DNA of 64,000 nucleotides from Ylistrum balloti (Eukaryota), in contig NW_026781911.1 in NCBI RefSeq assembly GCF_031769215.1, positions 310,001 through 374,000 of the forward strand, written 5' to 3'. Each line of letters opens with the position of its first letter. The stretch's first letter is position 1. Positions 1 to 10,336 of the stretch are shown here, piece by piece. A model generated the notes under the pieces. It was given only the letters and a program-made list of their open reading frames with translations. It was not told where the DNA came from and made no database searches. The translations under genes and the position numbers were made by a program.

Positions 1-415
1 AGTTAGACACTACCTTCCCTAAAACACTGGTGTGGGTTACCTAAATACAGGCAGGATGTTGGGAGATTCATATCAGTGATAGTTTTACTAACAGTGCTTT
101 GTAGATCAGGTAAATCAGGTGAATGTTGATGTGTTTACATTAATGTACTCCACTTTTAATGTTAAATCTAAAAAGAATAGAAAATCATTTGGTGAAAACC
201 AGCAAAATGATGGAAACAAATAAAGAAAAACTCGCAATTGGTTTGATCATAGTTTAGTTCTATGGTTCAAGTATGAGGTGAATTTAAATAGATTAAGAAT
301 AGTTATGTAGAAAGTATGAAGGGTTGTTTAGAGTGTATAATTAGGATATCATTTCCAACTCTACTGTACATATACATGGGACTAGTGGTTTTTTAATGTC
401 TCTTCTTATATCCAG

Positions 416-560
416 CGAAGGCAGAATTCCTCAGCTTAGCAGATTTGTTGGAGCTACGACTTTCAGAGGTGCATGACCGCCTCACGTTCCTGGAACTTAA
501 GATTCCGTATATATACAACTCCAGGATCAGCAACTTTATCAAGAAAGTTGTTAGACACAA
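416..560 (+). CDS. TPCN3: TPC3 exon (interdomain linker, KAEFLSLADLL...KKVVRH)
   Basis: tatccag acceptor and gtgagt donor. 145 nt, and the phase fits the next exon. Confidence 0.85.
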
Positions 561-3500
561 GTGAGTAAGGTCGGCCATAGCCACCTTTACCTTCACACAG
601 AAATGTCAATTATAACACAGGTCCTATGAGCTCCCTTCTCATTTGTGCTTTCATAGACAGGCATTCATCAAAATTCCAGCATCAATGTATTACACCACTT
701 AGTAATGAATACAGGTCCGATGAATTCTCTTCACTTTGGTGCTTTTATAGATAGGAGACAGTCATTTAATAAGTGACTTTTCTTGCGTTTTTGTTGCTTG
801 TAAAACAACTTTGTTTTATTGTATATATTTTTTTCTATTTACAGATTTTTTCGCTTCTTCTTTGACTTTCTGATTTTCCTGAATGCCTGGTTTATTGGGT
901 TTGATGTGGATAGTGCTGACTGGTTCTTCCTCTCGGTCTTTTTGTTGGAGATCAGCTTTAAACTCTATGTCTTTGGGCCTCGTGAGTTCTTCATAAGATT
1001 TTGGAACATGTAAGAATCTCTTTATTTAAACAGTAATTATCAAAGTGCTGAGATTGTACTTGCTTACAGCGTGTTTACATATGATATTGAAATCTGATAA
1101 ATAAACACAATAGCAGTCTTTAAACAACATATTTTTGGCTATTGTATTGTGATGAAAATGTCCAGAATTTAAGTTTAGTTTAAGTATTAATCACAAGCTT
1201 TGTCCTGTGTTTAAGATGTATATCTAAACTACGAGTTTTGTCGTGTGTTTGTGATGTATATCTAAACTACGAGTTTTGTCGTGTGTTTGTGATGTATATC
1301 TAAACTACGAGTTTTGTCGTGTGCTTGTGATGTATATCTAAACTACGAGTTTTGTCGTGTGTTTGTGATGTATATCTAAACTACGAGTTTTGTCATGTGT
1401 TTGTGATGTATATCTAAACTACGAGTTTTGTCGCGTGTTTGTGATGTATATCTAAACTACGAGTTTTGTCGCGTGTTTGTGATGTATATCTAAACTACGA
1501 GTTTTGTCGCGTGTTTGTGATGTATATCTAAACTACGAGTTTTGTCGCGTGTTTGTGATGTATATCTAAACTACGAGTTTTGTCGTGTGTTTGTGATGTA
1601 TATCTAAACTACGAGCTTTGTCGTGTGTTTGTGATGTATATCTAAACTACGAGTTTTGTCGTGTGTTTGTGATGTATATCTAAACTACGAGTTTTGCCCT
1701 GTGTTTGTTACAGATTTGATTTCCTTGTCATTGTATCAGCTGCTATAGCCACTGTAGTAGAAGCAGCAGGAGGAGCTTGTAAGTTATATTTCACCTACAA
1801 ACCGTGATAGACTTTAACATTTATCTTACATGAAGTGTTTTAATCTCAATACTTAGCACCTGAAACATACAGACCACCAGGGTTGTGGGTCTGGGATAAA
1901 TACAAACCACCAGAGTTGTGGGTCTGGGATACATACAGATCACCAGGGTTGTGGGTGTGAAATACATACAGATCACCAGGGTTGTGGGTCTGGGATAAAT
2001 ACAGATCACCAAGGTTGTGGGTGTGAAATACATACAGATCACAAGGGTTGTGGGTCTGGGATAAATACAGATCACCAGGGTTGTGGGTGTGAAATACATA
2101 CAGATCACCAGGGTTGTGGGTCTGGGATAAATACAGATCACCAGGGTTGTGGGTCTGGGATACATACAGATCACCAGGGTTGTGGGTCTGGGATAGATAC
2201 AGATCACCAGTGTTGTAGGTCTTGGATAGATACAGATCACCAGGGTTATGGGTCTTGGATAAATACAGATCACCAGGGTTGTGGGTGTGAAATACATACA
2301 GATCACCAGGGTTGTGGGTCTGTGGATACAGATCACCAAGGTTGTGGGTCTTGGATGATCACCAGGGTTGTAGGGTTGTGGGTCTGAAATACATACAGAT
2401 CACCAGGGTTGTGGGTCTGGGATAAATACAGATCACCAGTGTTGTGGGTCTGGGATACATACAGATCACCAGGGTTGTGGGTCTGGGATACATACAGATC
2501 ACCAGTGTTGTAGGTCTTGGATAAATACAGATCACCAGGGTTGTGGGTCTGGGATACATACAGATCACCAGGGTTGTGGGTCTGGGATAGATACAGATCA
2601 CCAGTGTTGTAGGTCTTGGATAAATACAGATCACCAGGGTTGTGGGTCTTAGATAGATACCGATCACCAGGGTTGTGGGTCTGTGGATATAGACAGATCA
2701 CCAAGGTTGTGGGTCTTGGATAGATACAGATCACCAGGGTTATGGGTCTTGGATAAATACAGATCACCAGGGTTGTGGGTGTGAAATACATACAGATCAC
2801 CAGGGTTGTGGGTCTGGGATAAATACAGATCACCAGGGTTGTGGGTCTGGGATACATACAGATCACCAGGGTTGTGGGTCTGGTATAGATACAGATCACC
2901 AGTGTTGTAGGTCTTGGATAAATACAGATCACCAGGGTTGTGGGTCTTAGATAGATACCGATCATCAGGGTTGTGGGTCTGTGGATATAGACAGATCACC
3001 AAGGTTGTGGGTCTTGGATAGATACAGATCACCAGGGTTATGGGTCTTGGATAAATACAGATCACCAGGGTTGTGGGTGTGAAATACATACAGATCACCA
3101 GGGTTGTGGGTCTGGGATAGATACTGATCACCAGGGTTGTAGGTCTTGGATAAATACAGATCACCAGGGTTGTGGGTCTTAGATAGATACCGATCACCAG
3201 GGTTGTGGGTCTGTGGATATAGACAGATCACCAAGGTTGTGGGTCTTGGATAGATACAGATCACCAGGGTTATGGGTCTGTGGATATAGACAGATCACTA
3301 AGGTTGTGGGTCTGGGATAGATACAGATCACCAGGGTTGTAGGTCTTGGATAAATACAGATCACCAGGGTTGTGGGTCTTAGATAGATACCGATCACCAG
3401 GGTTGTGGGTCTGTGGATATAGACAGATCACCAAGGTTGTGGGTCTTGGATAGATACCGATCACCAGGGTTGTGGATCTGTGGATATAGACAGATCACCA

Positions 3501-6500
3501 AGGTTGTGGGTCTTGGATAGATACAGATCACCAGGGTTATGAGTCTTGGATAAATACAGATCACTAGGGTTTTTTGGGTCTGGAATACATATGAATTACC
3601 AGGATAGTGAGTCTGTGGGTATAGACAGATTACTAAGAGTTTTTTTTAGACATTATAGACTTGCAAAGTGCTTACTGAATGTCAAAATTACACATCTTCC
3701 CGTTGTTACATGTCATGTCAGTTCATTAAATACAGATGTATATATTTCTTTACAGGTGTTCATTAAGTGTAGTTTTTATATTAAAATACCTTCTAGCATT
3801 GCCTTACACTCTGAATTGATTCAATTTTCCACATCCCTATCTCAGCCCAGTTGGAAGTCAATCAGCATAGAATGTGTCAAATGGTTGCCTGGAATGTTTT
3901 TTATTGTATATTGTTACCAATAAGTGCATATGTAACACAATTGTGACTACATGTTTGACGCAATTGTTTATGTTTACAGTAGACATTCCTTTTACGAGTC
4001 AAATTTTTTAATGTAAAGAAAAATATCCTAGCAAAAATTCTGTCTATATGGTATCATGCATGTGGATAGGAGAAAGCAGTCTTTCTTATCTTAGCATTAC
4101 TTTGCTGGGCTGTCTTCGTTATCCCAGCATTACTTTGCTGAGCAGTCTTCCTTATCTCAGCATTACTTTGCTGAGCTGTCTTACTTATCTCAGCATTACT
4201 TTGCTGAGCTGTCTTCCTTATCTCAGCATTACTTTGCTCTGTCTTCCTTATCTCAGCATTACTTTGCTGAGCTGTCTTCGTTATCTCAGCATTACTTTGC
4301 TGAGCAGTTTTCCTTATCTCAGCATTACTTTGCTGAGCTGTCTTCCTTATCTCAGCATTACTTTGCTGAGCAGTCTTCCTTATCTCAGTATTACTTTGCT
4401 GAGTAGTCTACCTTATCTAAGCATTACTTTGTTGGGCTGTCTTCCTTATCTCAGCGTTACTTTGCTGAGTAGTCTACCTTATTTAAGCATTACTTTGCTG
4501 GGCTGTCTTCCTTATCCCAGCGTTACTTTGCTGAGCAGTCTTCCTTATCTCAGCATTACTTTACTGAGCTGTCTTCGTTATCTCAGCATTACTTTACTGA
4601 GCAGTCTTCCTTATCTCAGCAATACTTTGCTGAGCAGTCTTCCTTATCTCAACATTACTTTGCTGAGCTGTCTTCGTTATCTCAGCATTACTTTGCTGAG
4701 TAATCTCCCTTATCTCAGTATTACTTTGGTGTATATGTTTTTCTTGCTCTACAGCCAGTGATGAGTTGCGGACACTGGATCCACTACTGGTTTTGAGGGT
4801 TGTACGACTCATTAAGATATTCGGCAGTATACAAAGGTTTGTAAATCACCCTTGATTGGTACTATCTGATATTTTGTAAAATACAAACTGTTTTTAATGA
4901 GTAGTATACAACACAATATCATTTCCTATTTAAGTGAAATATATTCAATATCAAATATCCGACTGAGATGGTAATTTTTGTTATAGGTCTTACAAGTTAT
5001 TTAAACAGGATATGGTAGAGTTTAGAAATTGTTCAAGATAATAAACTGTAATGGATCTTACCACTTTAAATACAATACGATGTAGCTGATTTGAGAAACA
5101 TTGGTAAGACCCAACTTTAAAGATTATCTACAGTAGAACCTTACATGTGAGACCACCTGTTGTATTTGTGGAGTAAACCTGTCTGTTGAGACCACCATCT
5201 TTTTTAATGAAGGGGTCTTTCTCTTTGGTTTTGTCTTCCAGAATTACAACTTTTGTGGTACATAACTTTATTACTAACAATTCTATCGCTTTGGTGCTAG
5301 CTTAAAGGATTTTAGAATTTCAGAGACTTATTCTATTCTAAGTGGATGATTCTGAAAATAGTAAAAAAAAAAAATACAAAAAACAAATTCTCCAAATGTT
5401 GCTGTAAAAAGGATTTAAATGATTACCCAACAAGTTACTTTATATTGCAGGTTCAAAGTTATATTGATGACGATTATAAATATTGGACCATCTATACTAA
5501 CATACGGAGGAGTCATCTTTGTAAGTATACATTGGAGGACAACTGTAATCAGGTAAATAAGGTAGAGAGGTAAAATCCAGTGGTGTTATATAGCAGTACC
5601 AGGTAACATCAGATACACCAACGTTACTTATACTGGTGTGTGATCATGTTATCCACCAGTTTTCATTTTTGTTTACAAATATTGAAGACATAAAGAAGTC
5701 TTATCCATTTATACCCCCTGCAATGAGATGGGTTAGCTGGAAAAGCCTTGTCTCTCTGTCCATTAATCTGTTAACTGTATAAGTTACCCTCTAGCTGGAA
5801 AAGCCTTGTCTCTCTGTCCATTAATCTGTTCACTGTATAAGTTACCCTCTAGCTGGATTAGCCTTGTCTCTCTGTCCATTAATCTGTTCACTGTATAAGT
5901 TACCCTCTAGCTGGAAAAAAAGCCATTAATCTGTTCTCTCTAAGTCCATTAATCTGTCTCTCTGTCCATTAATCTGTTCACTGTATAAGTTACCCTCTAG
6001 CTGGATTAGCCTTGTCTCTCTGTCCATTAATCTGTTCACTGTATAAGTTACCCTCTAGCTGGAAAAGCCTTGTCTCTCTGTCCATTAATCTGTTCACTGT
6101 ATAAGTTACCCTTTAACTGGAATAGCCTTGTCTCTCTGTCCATTAATCTGTTCACTGTATAAGTTACCCTCTAGCTGGAATAGCCTTGTCTCTCTGTCCA
6201 TTAATCTGTTCACTGTATAAGTTACCCTCTAGCTGGATTAGCCTTGTCTCTCTGTCCATTAATCTATTCACTGTATAAGTTACCCTTTAACTGGAAAAGC
6301 CTTGTCTCTCTGTCCATTAATCTGTTCACTGTATAAGTTACCCTCTAGCTGTAACAGACTTGTCTCTTTGTCCATTAATCTGTTCACCCTCATGGACAAC
6401 AGCTTTGTTTTGTATTTTTACACCTAACTTAAAAGTGTATGTTTACCTGTTTATCTCTCTACAGGTGTTTTACTGCACATTTTTACCAATATTTGTATCC

Positions 6501-9500
6501 TTTTTACCTGTATTTTACTGTACAAATGTTTTACTATATATTTGCTATTAAATTTTTCTCTATATCTCTCTACAGGTGTTTTACTATATTTTTGCCAGTA
6601 AATTTTTCTCTATATCTCTCTAAAGGTATCTTACCATATTTTTGCCAGTAAGTTTTTCCTCTTTGTCTCTCTACAGGTGTTTTACTATATTTTTGCCAGT
6701 AAATTTTTCTCTATATCTCTCTACAGGTACCTTACTATATTTTTGCCAGTAAATTTTTCTCTATATCTCTCTACAGGTATCTTACCATATTTTCGCCAGT
6801 AAGTTATTCCTCTTTGTCTCTCTACAGGTGTTTTACTATATTTTTGCCAGTAAATTTTTCTCTATATCTCTCTACAGGTGTTTTACTATATTTTTGCCAG
6901 TAAATTTTTCTCTATATCTCTCTAAAGGTATCTTACCATATTTTTGCCAGTAAGTTTTTCCTCTTTGTCTCTCTACAGGTGTTTTACTATATTTTTGCCA
7001 GTAAGTTTTTCTCAATATCTCTCTACAGGTGTTTTACTATATTTTTGCCATTATTGGTATGGAGGTGTTCCATGGCCTGATCCGTTTCTATCCGTACAAT
7101 GCTGACAGGCAACCTAGTGAGCTGTTCTGTGGGAATGTACTTCTCAACAATACAGCCTTCTATAGAAACCACTACTGCAACAACAACTTCAACGACATCC
7201 TCAGGGCACTTGTTGTTCTGTTTGAGCTTACTGTCGTCAATCAGTGGCATGATATCCTTTTTATGCTTCCAAAATGTTTTGGGGAAGATATAGACACTAC
7301 TTTGTTTGTCCATGTTTCCATCTGTCCCTTTGTGTGCTGAGCATAACTTTGCCCACAGTTAAGCAAGGATCATGAAACTTTGTTGAATACATTTGTCATA
7401 CTAAGCAATATGTGATGTACAAAATTCAGGGCCTATGACCCCTGCATTACAGACTTAATCCCTTTGTTAAATTTTTATTCAGTATACAAAATTCAGGGCC
7501 TATGACCCCTCCATTACAGACTTAATCCCTTTGTTAAAATTGTTTGCAGTGTGCAAAATTCAGGGCCCATGACCCCACATTACAAACTTAATGCCCTTTG
7601 TTAAAATTGTTTGCAGTGTACAAAATTCAGGGCCCATGACCCCACATTACAGACTTAATGCCCTTCGTTAAAATTTTGTGCAGTGTACAAAATTCAGGGC
7701 CCATGACTCCTCCATTACAGACTTTTTGTGCAGTGTACCAAATTCAGAGCCTGTGACTCCTCCATTACAGACTTATTGCCCTTTATTAACATTTTTTGTC
7801 CAGAACACAACTTTAAATTGCTTACATTTAAATTAGGATAATGACACTTAGTGTATACATTGATCATACAAAGACAGAATTTAGTTTCCAGTTATGTTGT
7901 TTTTGGGGAGCACTTATCAGTTTCAATGATACTCCTGTTATTTACAGATTAACTAGTGAAAAAAAATGGATATATATTTAATATATGTTGTGTTTTATGA
8001 CATGTTTTTATTTTGGAAATATATTATAGAAGTAGGAATTTTTAATTGCTTATTGTAAAATCATGTATAATCATGGGTCTCAATTTTCAAGGTGTTTCAA
8101 AAAAATACTGATTCATGGGTATTTTCATTGATAAGCACAATACTGGTGAAACTCACTTGCACTATTAATTCATCCTAGTCATTACTGTTTATCACTTCAT
8201 GGGCAGATGAATTGGTGGATTATACCCACAAAATCAACAAAAGCTAAACCCCTCAAAATAAATTGTATTCCAGAATAAAGAGTGAATCATCTTCACAATA
8301 CTTGATTGAACATGTGATAAGGTCACTGACCGTTCCAAGGTTGACATTTGATTCCTTGACCCTGTGTTACTGATCACTTCTGGGTTTGTGATAGTTACCA
8401 ACAAGGCTGCCAGGATCTACTTTTTTGTATTCCATCTCTGTTGTGTTGTCATCGTCCTAAAGTAAGTCAGAATCCTTCTCACTATCTCACTATCCCAGTA
8501 ATACGCCCAAAATAATGAATGTCACACTCTAATCTTCTACTGGTTGTGTTGTAAGAACTTTTATTCTATTGACATTAGCAGCCTAAAGAAAATGTTCTGA
8601 AAATGTTCTGAAATACAAAAAACAGTATTGTCATCAGATGGTTGATGCAACAGCATATTTTTCATCAGGTATTTAGATATAGATATCAATGACTTTATTT
8701 GTCCTGTAAATCATCGGTATATCATTTTGATTTTTATGCTTGCTAAATTTTTAATTTTATTCCAATTCAAATTTTACTTTCAGCATTTTCATAGCATTCA
8801 TCCTTGAAGCATTTATACTAGAATACTCGCTACAGAAAGCTGGTAGAATGGAGACTTTTGTGGAGAAAAAGATCAAGGAACTGGGATTAGGTGTTGGACA
8901 GTGAGTTTGTACCATGTTATAATGTATACAGGATTCATACAGGTCCTTCAAAACTCCTGGAATTTTACTGAAGATTTGAAACTCCTTGAGAAACAGAAAA
9001 GTTGAAAAATATCTTGGAATAGTCCTTCAATTATTTGAAATTCTCCTTGATTTTGTTCAAAATTTGTTAAGAAATGAAGTTCGTTATCAAATGATTCACA
9101 TACCAAATTATTATATTTTTCTAACTTGCGATATGTCAGCATAATTAAAGAGTTATATTGTTGTTCATGTGCTAGCATTAATGTCATTAAAGTTTTGTAA
9201 GTTTCATAAATAAGGTGCTGGAAAATAAACTATATCTCTTTTAATATTCCCTGAAATCTTCTGAAATTTGTTAAAGTAAAGTCTGTTTAAACCATGGTGT
9301 AGCACATTGATACCTGATACAAAGTAGTTTTCAATTTCATGAACAAAATTTCGAACTGAATACAGAAATAAACATAACTAATTACATGAATTTTGTTTAT
9401 TAGTCAATATACACATGTATAATTTTTTACATGTGTAATATAGCCTACAAGTATTGTGATGTCAGATTTAGACGATGATATCACAGACAATGGAGACCAT

Positions 9501-10336
9501 GTGTGGTAGAACTGTAATGACTACAAATTAGATATTAAAATGTATGTTTTCTGGAATATTAGCCTGAAATAATTGATGATTTGATAAAACAGATCTTGTT
9601 TCCATTTCGTATGTGATTGATGATACTGGCCATAGACATGGCAAAATTGAAAATGAAATTAGACCTGTTTCATAATTACATGTGTAATGGAAACTCATAC
9701 ATTGGCGAGGTCATATGTATGTATTACATTTTCTGTAGGGTACTGTACACTGTTCTGTACTAATGAATATGATATTATACAGAATAGCAGTCTGTGATTT
9801 GTTGGTATAACAGGCTGGTGAAGCCTCATGAGTCATTAAAGATGGACGACATGGAGCTTGTGTCACATGAAGAGGAACCAGACCGAACACATGTCCCTCC
9901 CACCTCCAGCCATGATGATCAGGATAATGACTCAGATGACTCTGATGTTGACAGCATTCCTGACTTGTCTGCCGAAGAGGGACTTCGTTTCCATCTAAAG
10001 AAAAAGAGTAAGTTTATGTACTAACAAAGTTATTTAATATATCACTTATTCACACCTTATAACACTGTAAAACAGTAAATTGTCATAAAAAGTAAATGCA
10101 GTTATCCCCCTTGACTATACTATATGTGATGTTCATTGACTCGCTTATCTGATGATCACCCCACTATGTATGTAAAACCAGATCTGGTACACATCTAACA
10201 TGTTATACTTACAGGTAGGAAGAAAGTTGAGGTTCTACTACAGCAAATGTTTGAGGGAGAAATAGACCCTGAGGACCTGGGAAATGATTTAAATGAGGAG
10301 AGGCCACGAACCGTTACATTTGACTCTGTGACATGA
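416..10336 (+). CDS. TPCN3: Two-pore channel TPC3, 3' half (domain II and C-tail), 10 coding exons; the 5' part lies upstream of the window
   Basis: The exons join in phase to give KAEFLSLADLLELRL...FLNAWFIGFD...EISFKLYVFGPREFFIRFWNIFDFLVIV...LRVVRLIKIFGSIQRFKVILMTIINIGPSILTYGG...FELTVVNQWHVITSGF...NIFIAFILEAF...KKVEVLLQQMFEGEIDPEDL...DSVT*. The VVNQW filter and GPSILTYGG are TPC3-type; TPC1 and TPC2 have VVNNW. Confidence 0.9.
845..1009 (+). CDS. TPCN3: TPC3 exon (IIS1-IIS2)
   Basis: tttacag / gtaaga. FFRFFFDFLIFLNAWFIGFDVDSADWFFLSVFLLEISFKLYVFGPREFFIRFWN. Confidence 0.9.
1200..1710. repeat. 38-bp minisatellite, about 13 copies, running into the TPC3 acceptor
   Basis: Unit gtgtttgtgatgtatatctaaactacgagttttgtcgt; tctaaact recurs at 1223, 1261 and onward. 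Confidence 0.95.
1714..1778 (+). CDS. TPCN3: TPC3 exon (IIS3)
   Basis: gttacag / gtaagt. FDFLVIVSAAIATVVEAAGGA. Confidence 0.9.
1862..3600. repeat. 33-bp G-rich minisatellite, about 52 copies
   Basis: Unit tacagatcaccagggttgtgggtctgggataaa. It produces the artefactual VICIYPRPTTL ORFs. Confidence 0.97.
4080..4728. repeat. 33-bp hairpin-containing minisatellite, about 19-20 copies
   Basis: Unit ttatctcagcattactttgctgagcagtcttcc. It produces the artefactual LSITLLSSLPY ORF. Confidence 0.95.
4755..4836 (+). CDS. TPCN3: TPC3 exon (IIS4 voltage sensor)
   Basis: ctctacag / gtttgt. SDELRTLDPLLVLRVVRLIKIFGSIQ. Confidence 0.88.
5451..5520 (+). CDS. TPCN3: TPC3 exon (S4-S5 linker and start of IIS5)
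   Basis: ttgcag / gtaagt. FKVILMTIINIGPSILTYGGVIF. Confidence 0.9.
5735..6390. repeat. 58-bp minisatellite, about 11 copies
   Basis: Unit agctggaaaagccttgtctctctgtccattaatctgttcactgtataagttaccctct. Confidence 0.93.
6450..7050 (+). repeat. 50-bp minisatellite made of the TPC3 acceptor plus exon start, about 12 copies
   Basis: Unit gtaaatttttctctatatctctctacag|gtgttttactatatttttgcca. The last copy is the real exon start at 7029. Confidence 0.93.
7029..7251 (+). CDS. TPCN3: TPC3 exon (IIS5, pore and filter)
   Basis: ctctacag acceptor. VFYYIFAIIGMEVFHG...CNNNFNDILRALVVLFELTVVNQWH. Ends at the U12 donor ATATCCTTT. Confidence 0.9.
7415..7790. repeat. About 67-bp tandem repeat inside the U12 intron, about 6 copies
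   Basis: aaaattcagggcc recurs at 7421, 7488, 7555 and onward. Confidence 0.9.
8050..8275. mobile_element. Degenerate MITE-like fragment
   Basis: The ends ttattgtaaaatcat... and ...aataaattgtattccag loosely resemble TACTGT...ACAGTA-type bivalve MITEs, recalled from memory. Confidence 0.3.
8371..8461 (+). CDS. TPCN3: TPC3 exon (pore helix 2 and IIS6)
   Basis: Follows the AC acceptor. ITSGFVIVTNKAARIYFFVFHLCCVVIVL, then a gtaagt donor. Confidence 0.9.
8784..8900 (+). CDS. TPCN3: TPC3 exon (end of IIS6)
   Basis: tttcag / gtgagt. IFIAFILEAFILEYSLQKAGRMETFVEKKIKELGLGVG. Confidence 0.9.
9814..10007 (+). CDS. TPCN3: TPC3 exon (acidic C-tail)
   Basis: taacag / gtaagt. LVKPHESLKMDD...SDDSDVDS...LRFHLKKK, in phase on both sides. 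Confidence 0.85.
10215..10336 (+). CDS. TPCN3: TPC3 last coding exon
   Basis: ttacag acceptor. RKKVEVLLQQMFEGEIDPEDLGNDLNEERPRTVTFDSVT then TGA. Confidence 0.88.

Larger units (their letters stand above)
7252..8370 (+). other. U12-type (minor spliceosome) AT-AC intron
   Basis: 5' end ATATCCTTTTT. Branch site TTCCTTGAC at 8352-8360, with AC terminus 10 nt later. Splicing restores NQWH-V-ITSG in frame. Confidence 0.92.

Noticed and set aside
105-118. Possible 14-nt TPC3 micro-exon (tttgtag|atcaggtaaatcag|gtgaat)
   Set aside because: The splice signals are plausible, but it is too short to support by homology and the upstream exon is outside the window.
1821-3464. Long minus-strand ORFs (VICIYPRPTTL / THNPGDLYLS repeats)
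   Set aside because: They are translations of a 33-bp (11-codon) minisatellite inside a TPC3 intron, with no non-repetitive coding part.
4048-4761. 237-aa Leu/Ser-rich ORF, and a CRISPR-like look from hairpin repeats
   Set aside because: It is a 33-bp tandem repeat with no unique spacers and no cas genes, in a eukaryotic intron.
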